DNA of 64,000 nt. It comes from an uncultured delta proteobacterium. GTDB taxonomy: Bacteria > Desulfobacterota > Binatia > UBA9968. The stretch lies in the NCBI GenBank assembly GCA_963728565.1, contig CAVSLC010000010.1, positions 256,001 to 320,000 of the forward strand, given 5' to 3'. Positions 11,020-20,003 of this stretch are shown one piece after another (position 1 is the first letter of the stretch; the number at the start of each line of letters is the position of its first letter). The translations under genes were made by a program, and so were the position numbers. Under the pieces are notes generated by a model. It was not told the origin of the DNA. It saw only the letters and a program-made list of their open reading frames with translations, and did not search any database.

Positions 11020-12339
11020 ATGGTCAATTCCCGCACCCAGCAATTCCTTTCTGCTTTTGAGCGGTTTCAACAGAAATCCGCGACAACGCCCGCATGGTTG
11101 AAGGACTTACGACGAACAGCGATCGACAGTTTCGTTCAATTGGGACTTCCGACCACACGTCATGAAGACTGGCGCTATACCAGCGTAGAGTCGATCGCCT
11201 CGACCAGTTTCGCGGCGGCTAACGGAGAAGCCAAACTGTTGCGCGCGGAAGATCTCTATGGACCGTCCTTCACCGACCCGGCTTACAATCGAATTGTCTT
11301 CGTCAATGGGGTCTTTTCCCCGCAATTTTCGTCCATCCGCGAGCTGCCGAGAGGCGTGCAGGCAAAAAATCTTGGGGCAATATTGGCGGCAAATGATTCA
11401 ACTCTCAGGCCTCATCTAACGCAAACTTCGGTGTCTCGCGAGCAGCCGTTCATTGCTTTGAATACGGCGTTTGCCGCAGAAGGCGCGTTCATATCGATTC
11501 CAAGAGGGCTCACGCTGGACGAACCGATCTATCTGGTTTTCTGTTCCTTCGGAAGCGCCAATCCGGTTATGTCGCACCCGCGGAATTTGATTGTTTTCGA
11601 AGCGGGAAGCCAAGCGCGTATCGTCGAAGCCTACATCGGTCTGGGCGACCAGCCGACTCTGACTAATGTCGTCACGGAGGTTGTTGGTGGAGCCGGGTCG
11701 GTCATCGATCATTACCGTCTGCAAAATGAATCGAGCTCCGGATATCTCATCGCCGCTCTGGAGGCGGATGTCGGCCGCGATTGCAGCTTTACGGCCCATT
11801 CCGTGACTCTCAACGGTGCACTCATCCGCAACGATATTCATGTGCTGCTTAACGGGGAAGGATCCGAATGTGTGTTAAACGGTCTTTACCTGCCCAGTGA
11901 CAAACAGCATGTCGACAATCACACCGAAATTGAACATGCCAAGCCGCGTGCCACTAGCCAGGAACTGTATAAGGGAATTCTCAGCGGTGCCGCCCACGCG
12001 GTGTTCAACGGCAAGATTCTCGTGCATAAAGACGCTCAGAAAACCGACGCTCGGCAGACCAATAGAAACTTGCTACTCTCTGAACATGCGGTAGTAAACA
12101 CCAAGCCGCAGCTGGAAATCCACGCCGATGATGTGAAGTGCAGCCACGGCTCGACAATTGGACAACTCGACAAAGATGCGCTTTTCTATCTCAGGTCCCG
12201 CGGCCTGGATAGAGCCGAGGCCCAGAGTCTTCTGAGCTACGCATTTGCCAGTGATCTCGTCGGGCGAGTGCGCATCGCACCGCTTCGGGCACGACTGGAT
12301 GAGTATATGCTTAAAAAGTTTAAACGGAGCCAAAGCTAA
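11020..12339 (+). CDS. sufD: Fe-S cluster assembly protein SufD
   Basis: EDWRYT, FNGKI.V..DAQKTDA.Q.NRNLLLS, PQLEIHADDVKCSHGSTIG, FYLRSRG. Confidence 0.93.
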   Translation: MVNSRTQQFLSAFERFQQKSATTPAWLKDLRRTAIDSFVQLGLPTTRHEDWRYTSVESIASTSFAAANGEAKLLRAEDLYGPSFTDPAYNRIVFVNGVFSPQFSSIRELPRGVQAKNLGAILAANDSTLRPHLTQTSVSREQPFIALNTAFAAEGAFISIPRGLTLDEPIYLVFCSFGSANPVMSHPRNLIVFEAGSQARIVEAYIGLGDQPTLTNVVTEVVGGAGSVIDHYRLQNESSSGYLIAALEADVGRDCSFTAHSVTLNGALIRNDIHVLLNGEGSECVLNGLYLPSDKQHVDNHTEIEHAKPRATSQELYKGILSGAAHAVFNGKILVHKDAQKTDARQTNRNLLLSEHAVVNTKPQLEIHADDVKCSHGSTIGQLDKDALFYLRSRGLDRAEAQSLLSYAFASDLVGRVRIAPLRARLDEYMLKKFKRSQS

Positions 12340-12343
12340 GAAC

Positions 12344-13606
12344 ATGAAAGCTGCTCGGGAAAAACGGTTGCTGCAATCGGGCGCTGAGAGTTTCAACGTC
12401 GATAAGATTCGACGAGATTTTCCGATCCTCAAAGAGCGGGTTCATGGCAAGCCATTGGTTTATCTCGATAACGGCGCTACCAGTCAGAAGCCGCAGGTCG
12501 TCATCGACGCCCTGAATCGTTACTACAAGTCGGAAAACTCCAACATTCATCGTGGCGTGCATTATCTTAGCGAGCGGGCAACCGCAAATTATGAGGCGGC
12601 GCGAGAAAAGATCCGTCAGTTTATCAACGCTGAACGCGGGCACGAGATTATTTTCGTGCGAGGGACCACGGAAGCCATCAATCTGGTCGCGCAAAGCTAC
12701 GGAAGAAGCTTTCTAAAAGCTGGCGATGAAATCGTCATCTCAGCCATGGAGCATCATTCCAATATCGTTCCTTGGCAAATTTTATGCGGCCAAATCGGTG
12801 CGCGCCTGCGTGTCGTCCCGATCAATCATGATGGCGAGTTTGTTGTCGACGAATATCGCCGTCTGTTAAACGAGAACACTAAACTGGTCTCGCTGACGCA
12901 TGTCTCGAATGCTTTGGGAAGCATCGTACCTGTCAAAGAAGCTGTTCGGCTGGCGCATGAGCGAGCCGTCCCGGTGTTATTGGATGGCGCGCAAGCGGTG
13001 CCACATTTCAAAGTGGATGTTCAGGATATCGGCTGCGATTTTTACGCTTTTTCGGGCCATAAGCTTTTCGGACCCACCGGCGTCGGAGTGCTCTATGGAA
13101 AGGCCGAGCTGTTAGACGCTATGCCGCCTTATCAGGGTGGCGGGGATATGATCAGCTTGGTGACTTTCGAGAAGACTCACTACAATGTGCTACCCTATAA
13201 GTTTGAAGCGGGGACGCCGAACATCGCAGGCGGTATAGGATTGGGAGCGGCGATCGACTACTTGAACGGCTTTAACTGGGATGAGGTGTGCGCGCATGAA
13301 AGCGATCTGCTCGCATACGCAACCAATGCGCTGTCGGAGATTGAATCAATCCGGATAATCGGTTCAGCCAAGGACAAAGCCGGAGTTCTGTCATTTGTTT
13401 CCGATCATATCCACGCCCATGACGTCGGCACCATTCTCGACCAAGAAGGAGTCGCCATACGAGCCGGACATCATTGCGCCATGCCGGTGATGCAGCGATT
13501 CGGCGTGCCGGCAACGGCGCGCGCATCCTTTGCTTTCTACAACAATCGTGACGACGTGGACGCGCTGGTACGAGGAATTCATCGAGTGTTAAAGGTATTT
13601 AGTTAA
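12344..13606 (+). CDS. sufS: cysteine desulfurase SufS
   Basis: YLDNGATSQKP, SGHK (PLP lysine), RAGHHCA catalytic loop. Confidence 0.97.
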   Translation: MKAAREKRLLQSGAESFNVDKIRRDFPILKERVHGKPLVYLDNGATSQKPQVVIDALNRYYKSENSNIHRGVHYLSERATANYEAAREKIRQFINAERGHEIIFVRGTTEAINLVAQSYGRSFLKAGDEIVISAMEHHSNIVPWQILCGQIGARLRVVPINHDGEFVVDEYRRLLNENTKLVSLTHVSNALGSIVPVKEAVRLAHERAVPVLLDGAQAVPHFKVDVQDIGCDFYAFSGHKLFGPTGVGVLYGKAELLDAMPPYQGGGDMISLVTFEKTHYNVLPYKFEAGTPNIAGGIGLGAAIDYLNGFNWDEVCAHESDLLAYATNALSEIESIRIIGSAKDKAGVLSFVSDHIHAHDVGTILDQEGVAIRAGHHCAMPVMQRFGVPATARASFAFYNNRDDVDALVRGIHRVLKVFS

Positions 13607-14061
13607 TGTCAGAATTGGATGAGCTTTACCAAGAAGTGATCTTGGATCACAACAAGAGTCCACGCAACTTCCGTGAAATAGTGGATGCCAATCGCCGATC
13701 CGAAGGCTACAACCCTCTGTGCGGCGACCACGTGACGGTCTTTGTGAACTTGGCAGAGGGAGTGATTCGGGACATCAGCTTCAAGGGATCCGGGTGCGCC
13801 ATCTCCAAGGCATCGGCTTCATTGATGACTACCGAGCTGAAGGGCAAGTCGGAGGCTGAAGCGGAAAGAGTGTTTGACACTGTCCACAAGATGCTTACGG
13901 GTGAGATCGGTGTGGAGGAGAGCGATCTTGAACGCCTCGGTAAACTAAAGATATTGTCGGGAGTATGCAAATTCCCGGCGCGAGTGAAATGCGCCAGTTT
14001 GGCTTGGCATACTATGAATGCGGCATTGAAGGGAAGCGACAAGGTTGCTTCAACAGAGTGA
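13606..14061 (+). CDS. sufU: SUF system sulfur-transfer protein SufU
   Basis: NPLCGD, GCAISKASAS, ARVKCA with SufU-type insertion. Confidence 0.95.
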   Translation: MSELDELYQEVILDHNKSPRNFREIVDANRRSEGYNPLCGDHVTVFVNLAEGVIRDISFKGSGCAISKASASLMTTELKGKSEAEAERVFDTVHKMLTGEIGVEESDLERLGKLKILSGVCKFPARVKCASLAWHTMNAALKGSDKVASTE

Positions 14062-14089
14062 TGCTGCAGGGCGCAGGAGGGCGGACGGC

Positions 14090-14644
14090 ATGCAACCTGA
14101 AAAACCCATTACCGTCAAGCGCGACTGTGATGTGCTGATGGTCCCAAGCGGAGAAAAGTTGAAGTTGGTCTCCGGTAGCACAGTATGGCTAACTCAGTCT
14201 CTAGGCGGCAGTTATACGGTAATGACCGACCGGGGTTATACGGTTCGTGTCGAGGGAAAAGACGCCGATGCTATCGGGCTGGAGCCGGTACTGGATGGAC
14301 AATCCCGCCAGGATTATTTGGCGAATGATATCGAAGCAGTCGAGAGCCGAGTCTGGGAACAGTTAAGATCCTGTTTTGATCCCGAGATCCCAGTCAATAT
14401 TGTCGAGCTAGGACTGATCTATGACTGCGCGGTGACCCCTATAGAAGGCGCTTATCGGGTCAGCGTTAAATTCACGCTGACCGCTCGCGGATGTGGCATG
14501 GGTGAGGTTTTGAAGCGAGACATCGCGACGAAGTTGCTAGCAATTCCAGGGGTGCGCGAGGCCGATGTCGAGTTGGTCTGGGATCCGCCCTGGAGCCAAA
14601 GCCGTATCTCTGCAGCTGCGAAACTGCAATTGGGCATGGCATAG
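14090..14644 (+). CDS. sufT: long-form SufT (N-terminal domain + DUF59)
   Basis: SD AGGAGG; TQSLGGSYTV N-domain; DPEIPVNIVELGLIY, TLTARGCGMG, VWDPPW. Confidence 0.9.
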   Translation: MQPEKPITVKRDCDVLMVPSGEKLKLVSGSTVWLTQSLGGSYTVMTDRGYTVRVEGKDADAIGLEPVLDGQSRQDYLANDIEAVESRVWEQLRSCFDPEIPVNIVELGLIYDCAVTPIEGAYRVSVKFTLTARGCGMGEVLKRDIATKLLAIPGVREADVELVWDPPWSQSRISAAAKLQLGMA

Positions 14645-14674
14645 CGACCGTCGCGACTAAAGCGGGAGTAAACT

Positions 14675-14995
14675 ATGGAAAGTATCAACCAGCTGGTTAT
14701 TGAAAGCGAAGTCCTGGAGGCGCTAAGAACCTGTTTTGACCCCGAAATTCCAGTTAACATCTACGAGTTGGGGCTAATTTACAACGTCAACGTTGAAGAG
14801 GGTGGCGCGGTAACAATCACCATGACTCTGACTTCGCCTCACTGTCCCGCCGCCCAATCTATGCCAGCCGAAATTGAAGAGAAGGTCAAGGCTGTTTCCG
14901 GGGTGAGTGACGTCAAAATTGACCTGGTGTGGGATCCGCCATGGGATCCAAGCAAGATGTCTGAGGCGGCCCGGCTTCAGCTTGGGATGATGTAG
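14675..14995 (+). CDS. DUF59 (PaaD/MIP18-like) Fe-S assembly factor
   Basis: DPEIPVNIYELGLIY, TLTSPHCPAA, VWDPPW, MSEAARL. Confidence 0.92.
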   Translation: MESINQLVIESEVLEALRTCFDPEIPVNIYELGLIYNVNVEEGGAVTITMTLTSPHCPAAQSMPAEIEEKVKAVSGVSDVKIDLVWDPPWDPSKMSEAARLQLGMM

Positions 14996-15032
14996 GCGCC
15001 CGGCAGCGAGCTTTTATAATCAAAATCGACCT

Positions 15033-15440
15033 ATGGAGAATCTCTTCGTCCAGCTCGGCGGCGAGCTCAAACTCAGAAAAATTGTCGACACATTCATCGA
15101 GCGGGTTTTTGCCGATCGGATGATCGGGTTTTTCTTTCGCAAAGCCGACAAAGACCGTATCAAGGAGATGGAATATCAACTTGCGGCCAGTTTCTTAGGA
15201 GCCAGCGTAGAATACCAGGGACGACCGTTGGATCGGGCGCATGCCCGGCACCCAATCATGGGAGGTCATTTCGCGCGGCGCAAGCAGATTTTAAAAGAGA
15301 CCCTGGAGTTGTATGAGGTTGCCGAGAACATCAAAGAGGCATGGTTAAAACATACAGAAGATCTCCGGCCTCTAATTACAGGTCAGGGCGGTTCCGGGTG
15401 CGATCCCATCGACGCGCGCCGCAAGGCAACCGGCTCCTGA
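15033..15440 (+). CDS. group I-like truncated haemoglobin
   Basis: LF.QLGG, V..F..RV..D..I..FF, LG...Y.GR.L..AH (proximal His) pattern. Confidence 0.85.
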   Translation: MENLFVQLGGELKLRKIVDTFIERVFADRMIGFFFRKADKDRIKEMEYQLAASFLGASVEYQGRPLDRAHARHPIMGGHFARRKQILKETLELYEVAENIKEAWLKHTEDLRPLITGQGGSGCDPIDARRKATGS

Positions 15441-15537
15441 AACTCTCCCTTTCCCTCGCCATTCCGGTTGTGATCTCTTATAACCTTGTGTTATTAGTAA
15501 TCAATCCGGCTACGGTATTCATCAGGAATATTCCTTA

Positions 15538-16401
15538 GTGAAATTAGCTGACCTTTATGCCCAGCCCGGGTTAACACTCTCAGTTGAATTTTTTCCTCCA
15601 AAAACAGACAAAGGCGAGGAAGCCCTCTTCGGCGAGATCGAATTAATCAAATCGCTGAGACCCGCTTTTTGTTCTGTGACATACGGGGCTGGCGGAAGCA
15701 CGCGCGAAAAAACCGTCGATCTCGTGGATCGAATTCATCGCGAGTGCGGTCTCGAAACGATGTGCCATTTGACCGTGGTTGGCCAGTCAAAGGATGATGC
15801 TCGCGGAGTCCTCAGGCGCCTGCAGGAAAAAGGTTTGGAAAATGTCCTGGCTCTGGGTGGGGATCCTCCGGCGGGTATGGCGAATTGGCAGCCGCATCCG
15901 GATGGTTTCCAGCATGCCGTAGAACTGGTTCGAGAGGCCATTTCTTTCGGCTACTTCTCGGTTGCCGTGGCAGGCTTTCCCGAGATTCATCCGCGAGCTA
16001 AAAGCAGGGCCTCCGATCTGGGTTACCTGAAGGAAAAAATTGACGCTGGGGCTCAAGCGATCATCACCCAATTATTCTTCGATAACGATCAATATTATCG
16101 CTATTTCGAAGATGTCAGAAAACTAGGGATCCAGGTGCCGATCATTCCGGGCGTTCTGCCGATTGTTTCCGCTCCCCAGATCCGCCGCTTTACCGCTTTA
16201 TGTTGCGCGCGAATTCCACCGCAGTTGGAGCAAGCGTTGAGCAAAGTTGAAAACGACGATAATGCGGCAATTCAACTCGGAATCGAATATGCGACACGTC
16301 AATGCGAGGCGTTGATCCAGTTCGGCGTTACAGGGCTTCATTTCTACTCCTTGAATAAATCGCATTCAGTTGCCGCGATCTGCGGTAATCTCGGAATTTA
16401 G
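15538..16401 (+). CDS. metF: 5,10-methylenetetrahydrofolate reductase
   Basis: SVEFFPPK, SVTYGAGGS, HLT, LALGGDPP, ITQLFFD, HFYSLN. Confidence 0.96.
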   Translation: MKLADLYAQPGLTLSVEFFPPKTDKGEEALFGEIELIKSLRPAFCSVTYGAGGSTREKTVDLVDRIHRECGLETMCHLTVVGQSKDDARGVLRRLQEKGLENVLALGGDPPAGMANWQPHPDGFQHAVELVREAISFGYFSVAVAGFPEIHPRAKSRASDLGYLKEKIDAGAQAIITQLFFDNDQYYRYFEDVRKLGIQVPIIPGVLPIVSAPQIRRFTALCCARIPPQLEQALSKVENDDNAAIQLGIEYATRQCEALIQFGVTGLHFYSLNKSHSVAAICGNLGI

Positions 16402-16420
16402 AGCTCTCTGCTGACTTCCT

Positions 16421-16451
16421 CGTTGAATTCAACGTTTGCCGATAGTACGTT
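16421..16451 (+). promoter_or_regulatory. putative lysS promoter with 14-bp palindrome over the -35
   Basis: CGTTGAATTCAACG perfect palindrome; TTGAAT-17-TACGTT. Confidence 0.45.
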
Positions 16452-16463
16452 TCACAGATACCG

Positions 16464-17969
16464 ATGTCGACGTCCGAAAAAGAACTTGTAGAAGAGACCG
16501 GCGAGCAAATTGAAGTGCGCCGGCAGAAGCTCGCAAAACTCAGGGAAGCCGGTCACGAAATCTACCCCAATGACTTTCGACCCAATCACACCACAGCGGA
16601 AGTCATATCCAAGTTCAACGAGTGCAGCGAGGAAGATCTCCCGACCCTGGCAACAGATATCATCTTGGCCGGGCGCATCATGGGCATACGTAAGTTCGGC
16701 AAGGCTTCGTTCTTTCACCTTCAGGATCGTAGAGGCAGGCTGCAAGTCTACGCGCGCAAAGATCGTCTCGGCGACGAGGGATATGCTTTGTTCCAGTCGT
16801 TTGACGTCGGCGACATAGTCGGCGTATCGGGCCATCTCTTTCGCACCAAAACAAAGGAATTGACCCTCGAAGCTGAAAGCGTCCGACTGCTGGCGAAATG
16901 TCTCCGGCCTTTGCCGGAAAAATGGCATGGTTTAGCCGATGTTGAGGCGAGATACCGCCAGCGCTACGTCGATCTAATGGTCAACCCCGAAGTGCGGGAT
17001 GTCTTCGAGACGCGCTCTCGGATCCTCCGTTTAGTGCGGAAGTTTTTTGAGCAGCGAGATTTTCTCGAAGTGGAAACTCCAATGATGCAGGCAATTCCCG
17101 GGGGAGCCGCCGCCCGGCCGTTTACCACTCATCATAACGCCCTCGATCTTGAACTATTCCTGCGGATTGCCCCCGAGTTGTTTTTAAAGCGCCTGCTGGT
17201 GGGCGGTATTGAAAGAGTTTTTGAGCTCAACCGCAATTTCCGCAACGAAGGAATTTCGGTGCGGCATAATCCTGAATTTACCATGCTGGAATTTTATCAG
17301 GCCTACGCAACATTCGAAGATCTCATGCGTCTAACGGAAGAATTATTTGTCTCGCTTGCCAATGAGGTGGCCGGCAGCCTTCAGATTCCTTACGGAGAGC
17401 ACCTCATCGATCTGACGCCGCCCTGGCAAAGCATGACGATTGCCGCTGCCATCGCGCTCTATGGTAGCGTCGAGACAAAAGAAATTGCCACTATCGATGG
17501 GTTGAAAAGCTTCGCAAAGAGTCAGGGTTTGCAGATAGATGTCAATGCTCCTTATGGCACTTTGTTAGTTGAAGTTTTCGAAGAGGTGGCGGAGGTGAAA
17601 ATAATCCAGCCGACATTTATTTCCGGATATCCCATTGAAGTCTCTCCCCTGGCCCGCAAGAACGACAACAATCCTGCGTTAGTGGATCGATTTGAGCTAT
17701 TTATCGCCGGGCGCGAGCTGGCCAATGCCTTCTCCGAGTTGAACGATCCGGCGGATCAGCGGCGGCGGTTTGTCGAACAGATGAAGGCGCGCGCCGCGGG
17801 AGATGATACCGCCAATCCAATCGACGAAGATTATCTGCGCGCGCTTGAATATGGGATGCCGCCGGCCGCGGGTGAAGGCATCGGCATCGACCGGCTGGTG
17901 ATGTTTTTCACCAATTCGGCCTCTATCCGTGACGTTATCTTATTTCCATTGCTCCGTCCGCAGCGCTAG
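16464..17969 (+). CDS. lysS: lysine--tRNA ligase (class II)
   Basis: PLPEKWHGL, YRQRYVDL, GGAAARPF.THHN, FRNEG...HNPEFTMLE, GMPP..G.GIGIDRL. Confidence 0.98.
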   Translation: MSTSEKELVEETGEQIEVRRQKLAKLREAGHEIYPNDFRPNHTTAEVISKFNECSEEDLPTLATDIILAGRIMGIRKFGKASFFHLQDRRGRLQVYARKDRLGDEGYALFQSFDVGDIVGVSGHLFRTKTKELTLEAESVRLLAKCLRPLPEKWHGLADVEARYRQRYVDLMVNPEVRDVFETRSRILRLVRKFFEQRDFLEVETPMMQAIPGGAAARPFTTHHNALDLELFLRIAPELFLKRLLVGGIERVFELNRNFRNEGISVRHNPEFTMLEFYQAYATFEDLMRLTEELFVSLANEVAGSLQIPYGEHLIDLTPPWQSMTIAAAIALYGSVETKEIATIDGLKSFAKSQGLQIDVNAPYGTLLVEVFEEVAEVKIIQPTFISGYPIEVSPLARKNDNNPALVDRFELFIAGRELANAFSELNDPADQRRRFVEQMKARAAGDDTANPIDEDYLRALEYGMPPAAGEGIGIDRLVMFFTNSASIRDVILFPLLRPQR

Positions 17970-17994
17970 CCCGCCCGAGCCAATTTATCCGAGC

Positions 17995-19242
17995 ATGAAT
18001 TACGAGCTTTTCATTGGTCTCAGGTATCTGAGAGCTCGCCGACAAGAAACCTTCATCTCGCTGATCACGGTTATTTCCGTGCTTGGCGTTATGATCGGCG
18101 TGATGACTTTGAACGTGGTCATGGCGGTCATGACGGGGTTCGAGGAAACACTGCGCGATCGCTTGCTCGGGATCAACGCACATATCGCTTTGCTGAAGTC
18201 CGGCGATCAGCTTTCGGAATACGAAGAGCTAGTCCAGCAAGTGGTCAAGCAGGAGGGTGTAGTCGCCGCCTCGCCGGCGATTTACGGCCAAGTGATGTTG
18301 ACGTCCGGCTCACGGGTTTCGGGAGTGGTTGTTCGTGGTGTCGATCCGGACCGTGTCAATGCCGTTGTCGATTTGCAGCGCTACATGAAACAAGGAAGCA
18401 TCGCCGGCCTCAAGCAGCAGAATCCGGTTCAGGTGCAAGATCGCACCATCATGCTGCCTGGCGTGATCATGGGCGAGCGGCTGGCGGCTCAGCTCGGGGT
18501 CTTTGTCGGTAGTCCGATTCAGGTGGTCTCTCCGCTTGGAAGTCCGACAGCCATCGGCGTTATTCCAAAAGTGCGCCGGTTTGTCATCACCGGGCTCTTG
18601 AATACCGGAATGAGTGAGATTGACTCGACCCTGGTGTTTATGGGACTTGCCGACGCGCAAAAATTTTTCGAGCTTGGCGATGCGGTCAGCAACATAGAAA
18701 TCCGGGTCGATGACGTCAATCAATCGCGCGCGATTGCCGATCGGATTCAGCTACAATTGGGATTTCCCTATCTTACGGAAGATTGGACCCGGCTATGGCC
18801 GAACCTGTTTTCCGCGCTGCAGTTGGAAAAGACCGTCTATTTTTTGGTGTTGCTGTTGATGGTTCTGATCGGCGCTTTTAACATCATTTCGACCCTAGTC
18901 ATGGTGGTGATGGAAAAACGGAAGGATATTGCGATCTTGATGTCGATGGGTGCGACCCGAGCCAGCATCCGAAAGATCTTTTTGCTCAAGGGATTTATCA
19001 TTGGCATTGTCGGCACGACGTTGGGCCTGCTTCTTGGCCTTCTGGTCTGCACATTGATCGCCCAGTACCGGTTTGAGCTGCCCAAAGACGTGTTCTTGAT
19101 CTCCACAGTTCCGGTGCGGATTTATTTTAGTAATTTTATGATCGTGACCGTGGCATCATTCTTTGTGTGTTTGCTCGCCAGCATTTATCCGGCTCGGCAA
19201 GCCGCCAAACTGGATCCGGTCGAGATCATCCGTTATGAGTAG
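17995..19242 (+). CDS. lolE: lipoprotein-releasing ABC permease LolC/E (LolF-type)
   Basis: IGLRYL, VMAVMTGF, AFNII.TL.M.V.EK.KDIAIL, YPA.QAA.LDP. Confidence 0.93.
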   Translation: MNYELFIGLRYLRARRQETFISLITVISVLGVMIGVMTLNVVMAVMTGFEETLRDRLLGINAHIALLKSGDQLSEYEELVQQVVKQEGVVAASPAIYGQVMLTSGSRVSGVVVRGVDPDRVNAVVDLQRYMKQGSIAGLKQQNPVQVQDRTIMLPGVIMGERLAAQLGVFVGSPIQVVSPLGSPTAIGVIPKVRRFVITGLLNTGMSEIDSTLVFMGLADAQKFFELGDAVSNIEIRVDDVNQSRAIADRIQLQLGFPYLTEDWTRLWPNLFSALQLEKTVYFLVLLLMVLIGAFNIISTLVMVVMEKRKDIAILMSMGATRASIRKIFLLKGFIIGIVGTTLGLLLGLLVCTLIAQYRFELPKDVFLISTVPVRIYFSNFMIVTVASFFVCLLASIYPARQAAKLDPVEIIRYE

Positions 19243-19924
19243 TCTCCTGTCCGCGCGCGACATCGATAAATCCTACAGCGAAGGAGGAAGGGAAATCGTC
19301 GTGCTGCGTCACTTGAGCCTGGAGTTGCAAACCTCCGAGCGGTTGGCGATTGTCGGAGAATCCGGTGTCGGTAAAAGCACGCTTTTGCATATACTGGGGA
19401 CTCTGGACCGGCCGACCAGCGGACGAATCATTTATTCGGGCAAGGAGTTACCATTGGACGACGAGGCCGCCGTCTCTGCTTTCCGCAATCGAGAGATCGG
19501 TTTTGTTTTCCAGTTCCATTACTTGTTGCCGGATTTTTCAGCTCTCGAGAACGTCATGCTGCCGGCGCTGATCCAAGGGATGTCGCCGGCGCAGGCCCGG
19601 GAGCAGGCGGAGGATCTCCTCGAATCCGTCGGACTCAAAGAGCGAATGAGCCATCGCCCTGGTAAACTATCCGGAGGCGAGCAGCAGCGGGTATCGGTGG
19701 CGCGATCGGTGATTCTCCAGCCCAAACTGATTCTCGCCGACGAACCGACGGGGTCATTGGACTTTCGCATCGGGCAGGAGGTGCATGACCTGCTTTTTCA
19801 GCTCAATGAACAGCGCGGGGTCGCGCTGATTATCGCAACGCACAACCGTGACTTCGCTGAAAAGATCGGTCGGCAGTTGGAGTTGCGTGATGGCCAGTTG
19901 TTCCCGGTCACTCACTGCGGTTGA
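19235..19924 (+). CDS. lolD: lipoprotein-releasing ABC ATPase
   Basis: GESGVGKST, GFVFQFHYLL, LSGGEQQRV, LADEPTG. Confidence 0.93.
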   Translation: MSSLLSARDIDKSYSEGGREIVVLRHLSLELQTSERLAIVGESGVGKSTLLHILGTLDRPTSGRIIYSGKELPLDDEAAVSAFRNREIGFVFQFHYLLPDFSALENVMLPALIQGMSPAQAREQAEDLLESVGLKERMSHRPGKLSGGEQQRVSVARSVILQPKLILADEPTGSLDFRIGQEVHDLLFQLNEQRGVALIIATHNRDFAEKIGRQLELRDGQLFPVTHCG

Positions 19925-19930
19925 TTTAGC

Positions 19931-19959
19931 TTTACAAGATCAGGCAAATTTGCTAAAAA
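19931..19959 (+). promoter_or_regulatory. possible sigma70 promoter for bamA
   Basis: TTTACA-17-TAAAAA with TGn extension; imperfect -10. Confidence 0.35.
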
Positions 19960-20003
19960 ATTCAGCATTGTCATCCCTCCAAAGAGGTCTTGCCCCGGGC
20001 AGA

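Noticed and set aside
14360-14960. Nucleotide-level repeats (CTGTTTTGA.CCCGA, TGGGATCCGCC)
   Set aside because: Explained by the paralogous DUF59 coding motifs DPEIPVN and WDPPW.
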